Shown piece after piece: positions 60,810-64,000 of a DNA stretch of 64,000 bases (positions are counted from its first letter, which is position 1; every line of letters begins with the position of its first letter). The stretch is taken from positions 128,001 through 192,000 of the forward strand of contig CBDDBZ010000034.1 of the NCBI GenBank assembly GCA_965225945.1, read 5' to 3'. The position numbers were made by a program, and so were the translations under genes. Under the pieces are notes generated by a model. The model did not search any database, was not told where the DNA came from, and saw only the letters and a list, made by a program, of their open reading frames with translations. Source of the DNA: Alphaproteobacteria bacterium. Its GTDB lineage: Bacteria > Pseudomonadota > Alphaproteobacteria > GCA-2731375.

Positions 60810-61930
60810 CTTGCCTATCCGGTTAACGCCCATGACCGCTACATGTAGGGTGCCGCCACTCTCCCGAGTAAAGCTCGGCATAGGTTGGAGCAGAGGTGTC
60901 GCCCGCGATGCCGAGCAATGAGCGGAAGGCGTTGAACGGGTAGAACCGCCTGTTGAAGCGGAAGGTGAACTCGTTGAGGTAGGCTTGTAGGTGCTGGTGG
61001 CTAACGCCGTGGTGGATACCGATCAGCCACGTCTTCAGGTTGGCGAAAACCAGATGGATGATCGGCAGGTATTGCTCGGCAACCTCTGGATCACCACACT
61101 CGGCAACAGCGAAGTGCTCATAGCCGCGCTTACCGAGGCCAGCATAGCCGCTCCAATCGTCAGTAACGATCAGCGATCCCGGCGCGACGGTGCTCTCGAC
61201 GAACCCACAGAGCGACTCGGCGCTACGGTCGAGCACGACGGCGAGCCGAACGCGTCCGGCATAGCGTCCGTCTTTCCGGTTGTCGAGCTTGGTGCCCGGC
61301 TTTCGATGACGCACCTCGATGGCACAGGAGACGAGAACCTTGTGGTGAACACCACGGCCTTCCCCACGCGTTCGCCCGCCAACCCAGGTTTCGTCCACCT
61401 CAACATGGTTCTTGGGCTGTCCACCGATCCTGTCTTGGTTGGGCCGCACCATGCCCGAGCGGAGCTTGTGGAGAATTTGAAAGGCCGTCTCGTAGCGCGA
61501 AAGACCAAGTTGCCGCTGAAACTGCACGGCGGACATGCCGGGCGTCTGACTGGCGACCAGATAAGCGGCCCAGAACCAGACGTTCAGCGGAGTGTGGCTA
61601 CGCTCCATCACTGTTCCCACCGTCAGCCCGGTGTTCTGGCGGCACTTGCGGCAGCGCAGGACGCCAGGGCGGTTTTCAAAGTGGCACGGCTCCCCCGCCG
61701 TGCCGCAGTGCGGGCAGGCAAAGCCGTCTCCCCAGCGGGCTTTCTCCAGGTAGGCGGCGCAGGCCGCATCATCGGGGAAAAGTCGCTGGAACTCGGGTAC
61801 CCGTTCAACGCCTTCCGCTCATTGCTCGGCATCGCGGGCGACACCTCTGCTCCAACCTATGCCGAGCTTTACTCGGGAGAGTGGCGGCACCCTACATGTA
61901 GCGGTCATGGGCGTTAACCGGATAGGCAAG
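60810..61930 (-). mobile_element. IS1595-family element D (ISSod11-like) with two right ends
   Basis: 133-bp perfect inverted repeat 60810-60942 / 61798-61930; 8-bp TSD GATTGTCC. Confidence 0.92.
60823..61797 (-). pseudogene. IS1595 transposase missing its start
   Basis: Frame PEFQRLFPDDAAC..CPHC..CRKC..VEVDE..IIHLVFANLK..FRFNRR; upstream replaced by the inverted 3' end, in-frame TGA and no start codon. Confidence 0.88.
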
Positions 61931-62454
61931 GATTGTCCCTTGGGAAGAAGTTCTTCGCTTCGCTTCACGCGTACTTCCCCACATTCTCGAAACGGCGAAA
62001 GTGCGGCCCCGGGGCGGCTTGCCGCGCGGGGGCCGAACCGCGTCCCGTCGCCGACCATGTAATGTCAAGTCGGCGACGCGGCTCGACTTGGATTGCGAAA
62101 AGGATTCGCCGCCGCCCTACATAGTCACCACCTCGTTGTCGGTCCCTACACTTGCCCTAGACTGACCGATCGGCGCTTGCCAACTCGAATTCTGTACACA
62201 GGCGCCGGCTCGTGTTCACGAATTCTTAACGATTGCCGATGGTTAACCAATCTCCGCCGACGTGGGATCGATCGGATCGAAAAATCGATTAAAAAACAAA
62301 GCGTTGGCGAAATGCCCAAGGATTGGGCAAGGAGAAGAAATCGGCGGAAAACTGCGTTCCGCGCTCTCCGGCGGCGGACTTACCCAGAGAGTTTTCCACA
62401 ACCGACGTGGATAGCCGGCGGGCGCCCGTTGACGGCGGGCCGCAGGAGGCCAAA

Positions 62455-64000
62455 ATGAGCGCCATGACAAAGGCGGACAAACCCGAGACGGCCCCCGGCG
62501 GTCTGCCGGGCGACGCCGCGCCTCCGGCCGCCGCCGTCGGTGGCGCCATGGCCGCGCTCGACCAGGGACGGGCGACGATCCGCGAGGCGCTGCGCACCAT
62601 GACCGGCGCGCCCGGCGTTTACCGCATGCTCGACGACGCGGGCGACGTGCTCTACGTCGGCAAGGCCAAGAGCCTCAAACGCCGCCTCGCCAGCTATGCC
62701 AATCCGGGCGGACTCTCGACCCGCAGCCTGAAGATGATCAGCCTGACCCGCGCCCTCGAGGTGATCACCACCCACACCGAGGTCGAGGCGCTGCTGCTCG
62801 AATCGAACCTCATCAAGCGGCTCCGGCCGCGCTACAACATCCTGCTCCGGGACGACAAGTCGTTTCCCTATATCCTGATCACCGGCGATCACGACTGGGC
62901 CCGCATCACCAAGCATCGCGGCGCCCGCAAGCGGGCGGGGGAATATTTCGGTCCCTTCGCCTCGGCCGGCGCCGTCAATCGGACCCTCAACACCTTGCAG
63001 AAGGCGTTCCCGCTCCGCTCCTGCAGCGACAGCACCTTCGAGAACCGCACCCGGCCCTGCCTGCAGTATCAGATCAAACGTTGCGTCGGCCCCTGCGTCG
63101 GCCGCGTCGGCCGGGAGGAATACGACCGCCTGGTGAGCGAGACCCGGGATTTCCTCGCCGGACGCAGCCAAGAGGTGCAGCGGGCGCTCTCGGAACGCAT
63201 GGCGGCGGCGAGCGAGGCGTTGGCGTTCGAACGGGCGGCGGGCTTGCGCGATCGCCTTCGAGCCTTGGCGCACATCCAGTCGCACCAGGGGATCAACGTC
63301 GCCACCGTCGACGAGGCGGACGTGATCGCCGTCGCCGCCGAGGGCGGGCAGACCTGCATCCAGGTGTTCTTCTTCCGCTCCGGCCAGAACTGGGGCAACC
63401 GGGCCTATTTCCCGAGTCATGGTCGCGAGCAGGAACCCGAGGAGGTCCTGCAGGCCTTTCTCGGGCAGTTCTACGAGGACAAGCCGCCCCCGAGGGAAGT
63501 TCTGATCGATCGCGAGATCGAGGGAAGGGAGCTCTTGGCCGAGGCGCTCTCGGTCCGGGCGGGGCGGCGCGTCCGGGTGCACCCACCGCAGCGCGGCGCC
63601 AAGCGCGAACTGGTGTCGAGCGCCCGGGCCAACGCCCAGGAGGCGCTGGCCCGCCGGCTCTCGGAAAGCGCCTCGCAGCGCCGGGTGCTGGAGGGGCTGA
63701 GCGAACTGCTGGGATTGGAGGCGACGCCGAGCCGGATCGAGATTTACGACAACAGCCACACCCAGGGACGCGCCGCCGTCGGCGGCATGGTCGTGGCCGG
63801 ACCGGAGGGCTTCCTCAAATCGTCGTACCGCAAGTTCACGATCAAGGGCTCAGGCCTGACGCCGGGCGACGACTACGCGATGATGCGCCAGGTGCTGACG
63901 CGGCGCTTTTCGCACCTGTTGAAGGCGGAGAGTGGCGAGGACGACGACGGCGAGGCGACGGAATCGCGCCGGATCTCGGGCGAGCGGCCGGATCTGGTGC
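62455..64000 (+). CDS. uvrC: Excinuclease ABC subunit C (partial, runs off the window)
   Basis: Manual translation [56 protein letters not shown]; absent from ORF track. Confidence 0.97.
   Translation, partial: MSAMTKADKPETAPGGLPGDAAPPAAAVGGAMAALDQGRATIREALRTMTGAPGVYRMLDDAGDVLYVGKAKSLKRRLASYANPGGLSTRSLKMISLTRALEVITTHTEVEALLLESNLIKRLRPRYNILLRDDKSFPYILITGDHDWARITKHRGARKRAGEYFGPFASAGAVNRTLNTLQKAFPLRSCSDSTFENRTRPCLQYQIKRCVGPCVGRVGREEYDRLVSETRDFLAGRSQEVQRALSERMAAASEALAFERAAGLRDRLRALAHIQSHQGINVATVDEADVIAVAAEGGQTCIQVFFFRSGQNWGNRAYFPSHGREQEPEEVLQAFLGQFYEDKPPPREVLIDREIEGRELLAEALSVRAGRRVRVHPPQRGAKRELVSSARANAQEALARRLSESASQRRVLEGLSELLGLEATPSRIEIYDNSHTQGRAAVGGMVVAGPEGFLKSSYRKFTIKGSGLTPGDDYAMMRQVLTRRFSHLLKAESGEDDDGEATESRRISGERPDLV

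Noticed and set aside
60796-60812. Element D target as a hairpin-arm motif
   Set aside because: GATTGTCCCTT resembles the arm only weakly and has no partner arm.

Overview
High-GC alphaproteobacterial chromosomal segment (ahcY-divL-lepA, a Mrp antiporter operon with three MrpD-like subunits, tRNA-Phe, many catabolic genes, gluQ, a marine-type sortase/substrate pair, uvrB, uvrC). It is heavily colonised by insertion sequences: four IS1595-family elements, two near-identical IS4-family copies and one IS3/IS481-like element. Several genes are frameshifted, truncated or internally deleted. The most notable signal is a family of hairpin-forming palindromes (arm AAAGGGGTCATTCTRCTTT...AAAGTASAATGACCCCTTTT) with four copies. 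Two identical copies, in an islet beside tRNA-Phe, each carry a different IS1595 subgroup element inserted at the same nucleotide. Pairs of these hairpins also bracket truncated gene fragments. Two IS1595 elements carry alphaproteobacterial LexA-type boxes at the transposase promoter, suggesting SOS-controlled transposition into a repeated landing pad. All calls come from reading the sequence and motif recognition; no searches were run.
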